Assembly (NCBI RefSeq): GCF_964355755.1
Contig: NC_092676.1
Location: 16,386,871-16,450,870, forward strand
DNA length: 64,000 bases
Origin: Antedon mediterranea
Lineage: Eukaryota; Animalia; Echinodermata
Direction of reading: 5' to 3'
Of this stretch, positions 13,501 to 26,200 are shown in pieces. Made by a program: the position numbers and the translations under genes. The notes below the pieces were generated by a model. It saw only the letters and a list, made by a program, of their open reading frames with translations. It ran no database searches and had not been told where the DNA came from. Position 1 is the stretch's first letter. The number at the start of each line of letters is the position of its first letter.

Positions 13501-13829
13501 CTTAAAACCGAGACGATCTCCTGCATCCAAGTTGTTCCTAAGAAGTTTGAAGACAAAAATCAATTGTTCAATCTCTGTCAAAAGCTGTCAAACCAGAAGC
13601 TTCTGCTAAGCAACCTCATACGTTAGGCATAATTTGTTTTCAACTAACAGTTGACAGTAGGCCTACCTGATTTAGGATAAGTAATGACAACAACATCATC
13701 TGTACGAATTTCAAAGGTTTGTAGATCTTGTAACAATTTTCTGGAGGTAACTTGACGTCTGTGGCGAACGCCTCCAACAATGTGTGTATTCAGTTCGACG
13801 TCATCAATCTTTTTGGTTGAAAATTCCAT
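10550..13829 (-). CDS. Cytosolic sulfotransferase (SULT1-like, Sulfotransfer_1 family)
   Basis: Six coding exons join in frame: 13829-13667, 13537-13314, 12527-12404, 11963-11869, 11645-11471, 10677-10550 (TAG). Motifs: 5'-PSB TYPKSGTTW, catalytic RLLKTHL, 3'-[34 protein letters not shown]. An acceptor 2 nt before the ATG implies an upstream non-coding exon. Confidence 0.95.
11043..11187. mobile_element. PIF/Harbinger-type MITE
   Basis: TIRs agctctgtctacactatcaaact / agtttgatagtgtagacaaagct, with TTA on both sides. A decayed relative lies at about 4240-4310. Confidence 0.8.
12163..12368. mobile_element. PIF/Harbinger-type MITE
   Basis: TIRs aggccaactcagacagc / gctgtctgagttggcct with a TTA target duplication. 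Relatives lie at about 34360-34500 and 49813-50003. Confidence 0.82.
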
Positions 13830-16800
13830 GACTGCAGCAAAATTAAATATAATCCCAATAACATTTGTGCATAGGCCTACATGTTTGAAATTTTTAATAC
13901 ATTGCACCAGCCTAGTGGTGGAACCAGTTGTACAAGGGAGCTTCCTTTCCTCGTCTCTTAAAAACCGCTAAAAGATGTAAATAGGGAAAATGATTAAAGA
14001 AGTACATTGAGGCACCTTTTTATACTCTAGTTCAATGACGCTATGCATCGCTTTCTAATGAGAGCTGCTGCCGTACGGGAATTATGTATTTTCCACGCCA
14101 TTTACCGTATTTCCATAATTATGCGTGATATTTAGATAACACGCACTTGTATTGTTGTAAAAATAAAATAGACATAAAATCTAGATATAATAAAAAAAAA
14201 AATAGATATAAAAGAGCAATATTAAATATTCTTTTATGTACAGGCCTAATATAGACCATAATTATAAAATTTGAAATAAAAATAATTATGCCCAAAACAA
14301 AATATCTATAGGCCTACCATGGGAATCATTCATTATTATTATTATTATGCCTCACACTTTTGGGTAAAATAATGTTAAAAGGATGCCTCGAATTTATTTA
14401 CAAGACGTTATCATTAGCCTATTCCTCACAATTTTAGGATACCTCGCATACATTGTTAACCCTTGCTCTTTGCCTCTGTAATTGTACGTATTTTGAGACC
14501 ATATTTGATTACTAACAGTAGCCCATTGTCCTGATGGTATAGCACTACTTTGAGTGCCTACAAGAATATAGGGTTGTTGCCAAACTTACATTATCCTATT
14601 AGTTTGGAGTATAATCAAAATCAGTGATATTCATAATTGGAATCATGAATCTATAGCAAGACGATTTTTGCTTACCTTCAACACCACTTGGAACACCAAA
14701 CACAGAGTTAAACAAAATAATAATTTTATACGTAATGCAATATAAATCTGACAAACGTTTCGAATTCCAAAATAGAACCACACCTCGTAATTGTTTTCAT
14801 TTATGGGACAGATGCTTTAAAAAAAAAACCATTATTTAAGTCTATGGTTATAAAAAAACTAGCCTCTGGATTAGGTCAACCGTTAAGCCACAGGGCAGGC
14901 ACACCATGAGGTTTTCAAAACCGTTGGAGTAGTTAGTTTTTTGTGTTGACGCTTGCCCTAGTTTAATAATACGTTTCTAGCACTTTAATAATTTCCATTA
15001 TTGGAAATGATAATAGAGGGTAAACGTGCGTGGCATGAAAGATTGTAATCAGCTTACTAATTCACCAAATCTCTGAGTATCTGTCTGTCTGCCCGGGTTC
15101 ATACCTTTCATAAGCTTAGGTAACCTCTTTTCCAACACCATTCTAAATATTTACCACAGAGTTTAAACAGAAATCTGTGTATAGGCCTATTGCGCACAAA
15201 ATATCCACATTGATTGTCATAATAAATCATTCAAAATGGTTAATCATTTACCATTACTTCAATAGATTCAAACATTAGTACTTACGACGGCTGTCTGCGT
15301 ATTACTAGAGTGTGCTAGCTAAATAGCTTCTGTTGATTCTCGAAAAATACTCATAAATTGTTACCGATGTTAGTAGCCGAAACGTAGCAAAAGTCTGTTA
15401 TCATGGTTTACCCACTAAAAAAAAAAAATAACTATTAGATAATGATATGTTTTTAGTATTTTTACAAAGTGAACAATGTATTTTATTTTATAAATTATAT
15501 TATTCGAGATTAAGCGAAAAACATTGGCAATCATAACCGATGTCAACAGAAGCCGATGCAGACGATGTCAATTTTTGTCAGCCGAAGCGAAAACCGAATA
15601 GACAAACTCGAAGAACATCTGGCAGTATTAAATCTTAAAAATAAGGTAAAATCTGAATAATCCTACATTATAAATGAGAAAGCAGATATTCAAAAGAATG
15701 AAGGAATACCAAAAATGGTGTCTCTATTTTAAGCATAGGCTTATATGAAGACACAAACTCTTTGAGAGATAAGAATCCGACAGTACAATTATCTAAACCA
15801 CCGCATCTTATGCTCAACATTTTCTCAGAGCTAAATATACGTGGTGTGCCGCAAACTTTAAATCAACATACTGATTTCGCCATGCAAACCCTAATAACTT
15901 CCTAATAATAATTATTAATAATTCAAGTTTATTGCCTTACAAATGAATACAAGTGAATGAAAATCATATAAAAAGTAACTCAGCCGCAGAATTGTAAGAA
16001 AACATACTAAACCCAATTCTAAACAACAAGAAATCCTACTAAAGACGTAGTGCGAGCTAATTTATTCAAAGCAAGGATTCTCGAAATTTGGTCTGACCAC
16101 CATCATTTTCGCCCTTATGTTAGTGAAGAGTTTTCAGTTATGGCATGTTTAAAGGAAGGAAAGATGCAATCAAAGGATATATATGCCACCAATATTGTCC
16201 TCAAATAATTTATAATTAAGTTATAATTGGTGTCTTAAAGGAAAGGAGAATTAATCTAATAACATTGGTTTCTATTTATTTTTAACTAATCACACGGACA
16301 AGTACTATATTACAAAACCTGCATGACGAATAACACGGGTAAGATCAAGATCCTCCTTTATACGTAAACTGCCATCTGTTTCTGCCAAATCTATGTAGTT
16401 TCTATATGATGACTCTATGAGCTCATGTGAATGGTTACCCATACCCATTCATAGTGGTATTATTGGGTTATGGGTTACCCACAGCCGTTTGTGACTTTTT
16501 TCTTAGCGAGGCGATGCAGAAATCATTTTATATAAACAATAACTACTTCATGATTTCTGCATTGCTTAAGAATAGTTGCCTGCCGATCAAATCAAGCCTA
16601 ATGTTGATGTAGGCCTACAGGGTATTTCACATAAACTCTAAGGTTTAAAATGTCTGTGAACCATGTATTGTGTTTTATTATATAATATTCTTAAATCCTA
16701 TTAATATGCCCGTTCCGATATTATTGTTAAATGCTATGAATAAATGGAGTTATACGAGTCAAGCACATGCATTATTCATCCTCGGTAGTACAGTAGTTCG

Positions 16801-17461
16801 TAAAACCTGTTGAATTTAATTTTGACGCACATGTTTGTTTTCTTTTTTTTCTTCCTCAATTGACACATTGTGCGATTATTGCCAATTGTTTATCATAATT
16901 CATGTTTTTCTTGCTTTTCATAAATGGACAATGCCTTTTAATACGAATGGGGGAAACTAGCAATTTTTTTTATCAGAAAGATAGACAAAAGAATCTCGCT
17001 GTTACACACCAACCAAGTGGCCTGATAACATGTATATTTGGAGCCTGAGTAATATTTTGTTAGAGCATAGAGGATTCTCCATGGTCAGGCAGAACAAAAT
17101 AATTGACAAACTACAAAATGTTGCTATAATCTGAACGTTATATAATAATATGTGGCAATTTGAATTGTTTTTAACTGTAACTTTAAAAAGTAAACACAAG
17201 TTTAAAGAAAACCCAAATTAAAACATCCGTTTTTTTCCCTTACAGATTTTACTACCCAAATATCTTAAACCATTTATATAGGCCTATACATTAATGTCAG
17301 GGCAAAATTCGATAAATCGCGCGTTACTTCTAGAATTTTTACTCACTGGTATATAAAGTTGGTTTGTACTTTCGGTACTGATTTTAAACAACTGATGTAA
17401 CCATGTTTACTAATTAAATTGAGTTAGATAATTAGTTATTAACAATTAAAACGAATTTAAT

Positions 17462-18950
17462 AACACAGTAAAGTGGTGCCCATCACAATTAAATGGTGCC
17501 TCAGTGAACTTTTATTGAATAAAAATAGTTAAGTGGTGCTCATCACAGTTAAATGGTGCCTCAGTTAACTTTTATTTAACAAACATAGTTAAGTGGTGCT
17601 CATCACAGTTAAATGGTGCCTCAGGTAACTTTATCTATTAAACACAGTAAAGTGGTGCTCATCATAGTTAAATGGTGCCTCAGTTAACTTTTATTTAATG
17701 AACATAGTAAAGTGGTGCTCATAACAGTTAAATGGTGCCTCAGTTAACTTTTATTTAATGAACACAGTAAAGTGGTGCTCATCACAGTTAAATGGTGCCT
17801 CAGGTAACTTTTATTTTAATGAACACAGTAAAGTGGTGCCCATCACAGTTAAATGGTGCCTCAGTTAACTTTTATTTAATGAACATAGTAAAGTGGTGCT
17901 CATCACAGTTAAATGAACACAGTAAAGTGGTGCTCATAACAGTTAAATGAACACAGTAAAGTGGTGCTCATAACAGTTAAATGGTGCCTCAGTTAACTTT
18001 TATTTAATGAACACAGTAAAGTGGTGCTCATCATAGTTAAATGGTGCCTCAGTTAACTTTTATTTAATGAACACAGTAAAGTGGTGCTCATCACAGTTAA
18101 ATGGTGCCTCGGTTAACTTTATCTATTAAACACAGTAAAGTGGTGCTCATCACAGTTAAATGGTACCTCAGTTTACTTTTATTTAATGAACACAGTAAAG
18201 TGGTGCTCATCACAGTTAAATGGTGCCTCAGGTAACTTTTATTTATTGAACATAGTAAAGTGGTGCTCATAACAGTTAAATGGTGCCTCGGGTAACTTTA
18301 TCTAATAAACACAGTAAAGTGGTGCTCATCACCGTTTAATGGTGCCTCAGTTAACTTTTATTTAATGAACACAGTAAAGTGGTGCTCATAACAGTTAAAT
18401 GGTGCCTCAGTTAACTTTTATTTAATGAACACAGTAAAGTGGTGCTCATAACAGTTAAATGGTGCCTCAGGTAACTTTTATTTAATGAACACAGTAAAGT
18501 GGTGCTCATCACAGTTAAATGGTGCCTCAGGTAACTTTATCTAATAAACACAGTAAAGTGGTGCTCGTCACAGTTTAATGGTGCCTCAGGTACGGTAACT
18601 TTTATTTAATAAACATAGTAAAGTGGTGCTCATCACAGTTAAATGGTGTCTCAGGTAACTTAATCTAATAAACACAGTAAAGTGGAGCTCATCACAGTTT
18701 AATGAACATAGTAAAGTGGTGCTCATCACAGTTAAATGGTTCCTCAGTTAACTTTTATTTAATGAACACAGTAAAGTGGTGCTCATAACAGTTAAATGGT
18801 GCCTCAGTTAACTTTTATTTAATGAACACAGTAAAGTGGTGCTCATAACAGTTAAATGGTGCCTCAGTTAACTTTTATTTAATAAACACAGTAAAGTGGT
18901 GCTCATAACAGTTAAATGGTGCCTCAGTTAACTTTTATTTAATAAACACA
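17462..18950. repeat. 59-60-bp minisatellite, about 25 copies
   Basis: Unit aacacagtaaagtggtgctcatcacagttaaatggtgcctcagttaacttttatttaatg, built from related sub-repeats of about 20 bp, with some internally deleted units. Confidence 0.97.
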
Positions 18951-19551
18951 GTGTGTTTATTAAATAAAGGTTTACTACAGTACTATACTATACTAGATAG
19001 AGCCTGTTGAGTGTACGCTCTACTCCTAGGAGTAAGTGTATCGGCGATCAGGCAAGACAAGGGAATAAAACTCAATAAAACTAGATATAATTTATAAAGT
19101 TTCCTTAACAATTACTAAAATCGACTACCGACGCAAGAAACGAAAGAGTTATTATGAAGGTTATTAAATAAACACAACACGGAAAGAAAAAACATACGAA
19201 AATTACACACACGGTGCTATCAGCGCTATACGTTGAGGTGATCTTTTGATCTTCTTGAAATATGAATATGCAAATTACCTGCTCATGTATAATAATTACC
19301 ATACTTAAAGGGTACCTCTATAGCGTCTACCACCACCTGGTACGCGCGGCACGCTGAACATCCGGTGATTCGGCTCTAAGAAGAGGAATTTTATTTCGGC
19401 CTACTTGATAATAATACAATTATTATTAATGTATGCTTATTGATGGACATTCGTCTATTAATTTAAACAACCTATAGGCCTAAGTGAATATTTTATTGCC
19501 AAGGAATAATTAATTAGTAATTACCGTAAATCTTCTAATTCTAACCCTGGG

Positions 19552-19627
19552 TTATTATTATTTATTTATTATTTATTTATTTTATTCATTTCGGCAATAA
19601 ACATAAAATAATCATTACAAAAAAAAC

Positions 19628-19722
<95 letters not shown>

Positions 19723-21170
19723 AACAAGACACGAGGCCGAGGAAAGACAAAAGCATTAAACAAACGCTGTCACCGGTAAGGTGTGTCTCTCCAACACATA
19801 AATAACAAATAACAAGAATATATACAAATATAGTAGACATATCATTTCATTTAAAAATTTAAAAAGTTTCTCTCCGACATTTAAAATATAGCTTTAGAGA
19901 TAATTTAAAATTAATAAAAGAACCATTAACAAAAATATCACGAATCTCATTGGGTATGGAATTCCAAGTTCTAGTGAATCTGGTCGGGATGCAAAATTTT
20001 GACATATCATTACTGGAGCGAAGATGCTTGAAAGTGAGAGTATCATGACGATTATTAACTATGAGTAAATTATAAATAATAGATCTTTGATGATAAAGTA
20101 AAACATTGCAAACAAATAGAACAGTATAACAATCTCTAATAGCGATTGTGGATGGGATATCAAGAGTGTCTAGTCTCCCCTCATATGACTGTTCCTGACG
20201 ACGTTGATGTAAGATCAACCGGGTGGCCCGTCTCTGGATTTGCTCAATCATTTGAATTTGACATATGCGATAAGGGTACCACACCTCGCAACAGTACTGT
20301 ATATGAGGGAGGACTAGACACTGGTATAATTTTAAAAGAACGGGTGTAGAACAACCACCAGCAATTGCTCTAACAAGACCCAGTGTTCTATTACACTTAT
20401 TTACAACCTCATGGACTTGTTTAGACCATGACAAATCATCGGATATGTACACACCAAGAATTTTCAGATGTTTAACATGTGCAATAACCTGCTCGTTAAG
20501 TACATAGTCATTAGAAGATGGAGCTCTCCTTCTATCGATAGACAAGATGTTACATTTAGTAGGGTTTAAAATAAGTTTGTTTAAAATTGACCATTCAGAG
20601 ATTTTGTTAATGTCTCTCTGTAAGGAAATAAAATCACAATAAGAATAAACTGCTTTACTAATAAATGTATCGTCAGCATATTGGTACGGTTTATTTTCCA
20701 AGTGAAGATTTAAGTCATTCACGTAAATGTTGAACAATAATGGCCCCACGACTGACCCCTGGGGGACACCTGACTTGACTAAACACCAGTCAGATTGGAC
20801 ACCATTAAAAATTACTCTTTGCTTACGACCAGATAAGAAAGAGTTAATCCATTTTAATAATACACCGCCAACACCATACGTTTTTGAAAGCTTATTCACC
20901 AGAATGTCATGCGAGATGGAATCAAATGCCCTACTGTAATCAAGAGCCACGACATCAATCCGTGGTGCCCCATTATCTAAAGCCTTAACCCAGGATGTTG
21001 TAGCCTCAGCCAAGACTGAGGAACAAGATTTTCCTGGAGTAAAACCATATTGGCCATCAAACATGAGTCCAAATTCGTCCAGATGAAGACGGAGTTCATC
21101 GGTGACAATACTCTTGAGCACCTTTGAGAACAAAGATGTCAGTGAAATTGGTCTATAGTTGCATAGATTC
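19552..21170 (-). mobile_element. 5'-truncated non-LTR retrotransposon (CR1/L2-group LINE), RT and C-terminus
   Basis: Uninterrupted ORF 21133-19859 extending upstream to NYRPISLTS. RT motifs QYGF, LDYSRAFDSISH, SGVPQGSVVGPLLFNIYVND, QYADDT, KILGV. The 3' UTR ends in a (TAAA)n/(TAA)n tail at 19552-19585. No endonuclease domain. Confidence 0.93.
19631..19718. repeat. (AT)n microsatellite, about 44 units
   Basis: Perfect dinucleotide run inside the LINE 3' UTR. Confidence 0.98.
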
Positions 21171-21869
21171 TTTAATTATTCTTTAATTGTTTTTTTAGAA
21201 TGGGTTACTATTAGAAGGGGTTACTATTAGAGTAGTGGGTTACTATTAATCTTAAATTAGGCACCTGAAAAAAGTAACCCACCCCCAATAATAAAACAGT
21301 ACGAATAAACAAATTTGGTTGAACTCTAACTATATTTTATAAACTCAAAAACACTCAATCCTCCTGGGTTATTATTATAGATTGACTTATAAGGTGGTTT
21401 ACTATTAGAAGGGAGGTTAGTATTAGAATGTGGGTTACTATTAGAAGATTTACGGTATCTGTAAATTATTCTTCGCAAGGTAAGGTGAATGCAACGCCTA
21501 ACTAGGCCTAGGCAGGCTTATTAGTATTTACATTAAAGGAGGCCTAGCTACACCCGATTCAGTAGATATTCAACTTATATCAACAGATATCGCCGTTTAT
21601 ATCGGTAAAATATAAGATTTGACATTTCCTCGGGGGAATTATATTTTGTTCAAGGGAATATATTTCCTGAAGCGCGTACCTCTAAGCAGGCAATATCTGT
21701 TATTAATAGCTGAAAACCGGTTGAAGAGCTGAAGCACAGCATCATAATGTTGAAAACAGTGCGATTTTCTTTGAAAAATACTATTTTGATAGATTTAATA
21801 TACGTTTATACAAATATATTGATTTGCGATGAATGGAACATTCCAAATTAGTTGGTTTAAGTAAGCAAA

Positions 21870-22472
21870 TTTATGGGCCCAAAATCGGTCTAGGTCACCG
21901 GCGTACCAGTTTTGGCCACCAAAATCAGTTCGAGGGACCATTTATGGCTGCCAAAACCTGTCCAGCCGGAGCTTTTTTAGCCAAAACTGGTCCGGCCTGG
22001 ATAAAATCGATCCGGGCAGTAGGACTGTGTTTGACCGCCAAATATGGTCTGGTCTTACAAATATATGGTGCGCAAAATGAGTCATAATGTATATGTCATT
22101 CAAAAAAGGTCATGATTAGCCATTATTAATATTATTTAAGACTACGGGGTTTCATTTGTTACTTTAATATTATAAATTAAGCCTGTTTTTTTAATTAACA
22201 TTATTAGTAGCAACTCATCAATAATTAGTACTTTTGTTTATAGGCTTTTTGTGTACAATATATCTGGTTTTAATCCACTTTGTTCTTTTGTTTTAACATT
22301 ATTCATTCCTCCATGATGTTAACAACAATTTAATTCATTATTGATTTATGGTTAATCAATTCAATACAAACATTATAAAACAATTATACCAATATTGATT
22401 AGGCCTAGGAAGAAAAAAGGACTCATCATCATAAAATAACATTTTGGGCCCGAACCATATTTGTCGTGACAG
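21870..22472. mobile_element. Decayed DNA-transposon fragment with subterminal repeats
   Basis: Repeated ggacc/gccaaaa-type motifs at 21870-22070 and a ggcccgaaccatatttgtcgtgaca end near 22470. Confidence 0.35.
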
Positions 22473-23297
22473 GCCCTTGGAAAATAAACTTAAAACCTTA
22501 AGATATAGTATTGCAATACTTTACAAATACTGTAAATATAAGTATTAAATATAAAAGTATCAAATCGCAAATGTTTTACTGTATTTAGTGGTATTATTAA
22601 TTTTATAGGCCTATAAAACATATAAATATTTTGTTACTGAGTGGATAAAGAATATATTTAAACATTGTTCTTCTTTGTACCCATCCTTTTCCCATCCCTC
22701 AACCCTAATGTTACATACAAAACACAAATTGGGTTTGTTTAAATGAGTCAAAAATTTGGAATCATTTTGTGACAAGTTTCTTTTTCGGAAGTAATTCCCA
22801 AGGTGCTAATTTTAGTTGACTACATAAATCATCGTGTCTATTTATTCGATTCTGTAAATGACAATGTAGTATAGTCCTGCGGTACATACATTTGAAATCG
22901 CCAGTTTTTTTACGCTGAAATTACTGTGTATTCGAGAACCATCTGTGGGCACGACCTAGATGGTACACGAGCGAAGCTAATTGCCTACATCCATTAATTG
23001 AAATTGTTTTTCAACTACTAGTTTGTTGATTGGTAAAGTATACCGACCTTTCCTCGACTATTTGTTTCAATGAAAATAAAATAATATTAGATATCCCTAC
23101 ATTCAATTTTATAGCGAAGTTTTATAATCAAGGCGTGACAGAGCGAGCGTCTCAATGGAACAGTCCTAACTGACGCTATTAATATACACGACATTGTGGC
23201 TTACTTTAAAAGGTTTGTATCGTTAAAATTAGAATTGGCAGTTTTACCAATGAAACTTGACTGCTGTAGATTTACTTTTTTAAAGATTTTTTAAATC

Positions 23298-26200
23298 ATG
23301 AAATTCGACGCAATTCTTGAATGCATTGGTAGTTTCGGAACATATCAGAAGCGTATACTTTTCAGTGTTTGTCTGGTATGGCTTCATTGCTCTTTTCATC
23401 AATTCGGTCAGGTTTTCTTAGCAGCTAATGTTGACTTCTGGTGCACAACATCGGAGTTCGAAGAGCTAGAATGCCCGGCATCCTGGAATCTAACAGAAAA
23501 CCGATGCAGTGATGCAAAGTACTCTTTTTTGGCGCCCAGTGATGGCGAAGGCTGTTCTAAATTTACTAATGTTACAGTTGATACGTTTCTAAGCGGAGGA
23601 GAGCCAACCGATGGCTGGCCTGTTGGCTCATGCCACGAATGGGTGTACGATACACAGCAGTATAAATCAACAATCATACAAGAGGTAAAAGAGTTAAAAC
23701 TAGTATTTTATACTATTCATTATTTTCTGATAAATCATTCTACCATGGGTATATGTCGATTACCTACTATTACTGTTTATACCAAAGTTACGAAACTTGA
23801 CGTTCTGTTCTGAAGAATCTGTTTTTAGATTTACACTTTTTTATCTTCGGCATCAATTCTAATTTTTGTTTAATGTATCTTACAATCTTTTTGCTTTTGA
23901 TTTAAATAAGAGAGATTTTGGTAAAGTAGCAGTTTTGTTTTCGGAAATAGGCCTTGATGTAAATTACAATCATTGAGTATTTATTTATTATTCAATCTGT
24001 GATTAAGGTTTGGAATTTAGTCGGTGCTTTTTCTTCTTAATTACTATGTTTTGTATTTATCATAGTGGAATCTTGTCTGTGACGACAAAACAAAACCTGC
24101 AATCGCGCAGTCAATTTTCTTCTTGGGTGTTTTAGTTGGATCATTCTGTATTGGTGCAATGGCAGACAGGTAGGCAGTTATAGTTAGAACTATAAATTAT
24201 TGGAACTAAATAGATAATTTAAGACATATTGAATTATTAATGTCACTTTTATACATCTTTATTTGTTCATGTTTTGAAGGCAATACATCTTTAACGATTA
24301 CATTTTGCTTATTTAGGTTAGGTAGAAAACCAATGTTCTTTGCGTCATTGGCAACACAGTGTATATTTGGTTTTGCTACGTCATTCTCCACTTCATACGC
24401 CATGTTTACTTGCCTAAGATTTGTCGTTGGAGTCGCTAATATTGGAGTTTTTATGAATGCCTATATTCTATGTAAGTTTTTTTAATAATAACTTTAAGAT
24501 TATTTTGTAACATCAAGTTGAACAGGAACTGATATACCGGTAGCATAATGTTGAATAAACAACATTTATCTATTTGGTCCAGTTCAAGCCACAAATACAC
24601 CTTCCACATGCGATAATTGTTGGTCTTTCAGGTACTGAATGGGTTGGACCTTCCTATAGGAAGTACGTAATTGTCTATTCATCGACATTGTGGGCAGTTG
24701 GTCAAATGGTTTTGGCTTTCTTGGCTTTTCTGATCCCGAGATGGCGGATACTACAATTGGTAATCTCACTGTGGGGTGTCGTCTTTTTAGCCTTAATTCC
24801 GTAGGTTGATTTCATAATTAAGGCTGCCAAGTTGATTCATACAAATCATACACCAGGTTCCTCTTCTGAGCCAGATAACTCTCTCTATTCCCGTGCTAAC
24901 GGTTCTTTACTAATTACCAAAGTACAAAACGTTAACTCGTACACACTTTCTCTCGACTTTCATTGTTAATCATAGGCTTAGGGCCTACAACTTGATAGTT
25001 ATGATTCTTTGTTTAACCATCGTAACGTTTGAAAATAAATTCCAGTATAATATAACTATCGATATTCCACGACATAAATTGTTGAGTTTTAATCATGTCC
25101 TACCTTGTCAAATCTCTAACGGTACTTGACCTTTTGTCCCAATATTTTTGGAAAACATCTTAATTTTATAGAAGAAAAAAAATCATTGGCATGGTTCTTA
25201 TTGTAATTTGTTTAGTTTTACACCAGAATCTGCAAGATGGCTAATCATGGAAGGGAGATTGAAGGAGGCCAAGGCTGCAATTGACAAAGCTGCTAAAACA
25301 AATTGCATTAAAATGACGCAAAACATCTTCGAGGATGATGCTGATGAAAGTAATGAGGTAACTTTAATTGGTCATTCTTGAATACTTATGTCCAGTTATG
25401 TAGTGAATGAGTATAAGATATTTGTGCCAGATGATGTCTGTATTATTAAAATAAGAAATGAGTAAGAATCGTACGTAATAAAGAGATTAGAATATGCAGG
25501 CCTAAGGTATGAGAAAGAATTTGAATGTTGTAAATGATGAATAATACAGTATAATATTATTATAAAAATGAGAAATGTGTTGGAATGGTAAGGCAGAAAT
25601 ATTTTTGTTTTAGATTTAGGACTAATTGAACGTTAATTAATTCAAATATAAAAAAAGTGAACATTTTTTATTTAAGTCACTACCAAGAATTTAAAAAAAA
25701 GGGATGGGCAAAGTTTTGTTCCTTTAAAAGCCTTAATGTTATATGTTATTACAAATACTGTAGTTGGTTCATGAGCAAACAATAACCTATGACTCGACGC
25801 AAGTTTTGAAAACGGCACGTAGGCATACGGTACTGTATTTGGCAGAAATGCGCATGCAAACATTTTCCATTTTTGCTTAGGCCTATTTATTTCTTTGTCA
25901 TATTGAATATCACATTGCACATTTAGTATACAAATAATTAATTGTTATTGGTTCAATGGTGATGCTATTTTTTATTATCACCAAAATGTAAATATAATAA
26001 TAATATTAATAATAAAAATCATTATGGTGCCATGGAGATCATTGATTATAATATATTATACAAAGGGCTAGCCCGAAGCTCTGCTGTTTTTTCTGGCTGT
26101 TTTATTTTATCGCTTTTTGCTTACTTTATTTTCATTTCATTTCATTATTTATTTGGTCTATTTGAGTGTAATTATACATTTAAAAAAATTAAAACTGGGG

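Larger units (their letters stand above)
19522..21457. mobile_element. TA-flanked MITE (Tc1/mariner-like ends) interrupted by a LINE
   Basis: Perfect inverted ends taccgtaaatcttctaat (19522-19539) and attagaagatttacggta (21440-21457), with internal gggttactattaga repeats at 21200-21445. Confidence 0.8.

Noticed and set aside
15540-15640. 32-codon ORF MSTEADADDVNFCQPKRK followed by a donor-like site
   Set aside because: It stops before the donor and has no recognisable homology; it may be decayed retroelement sequence.
17462-18950. CRISPR-like appearance of the 60-bp array
   Set aside because: No unique spacers and no cas genes; the DNA is eukaryotic and the units are plain tandem copies.
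19569-19840. IYIY-repeat ORFs
   Set aside because: Translation of the (AT)n microsatellite.
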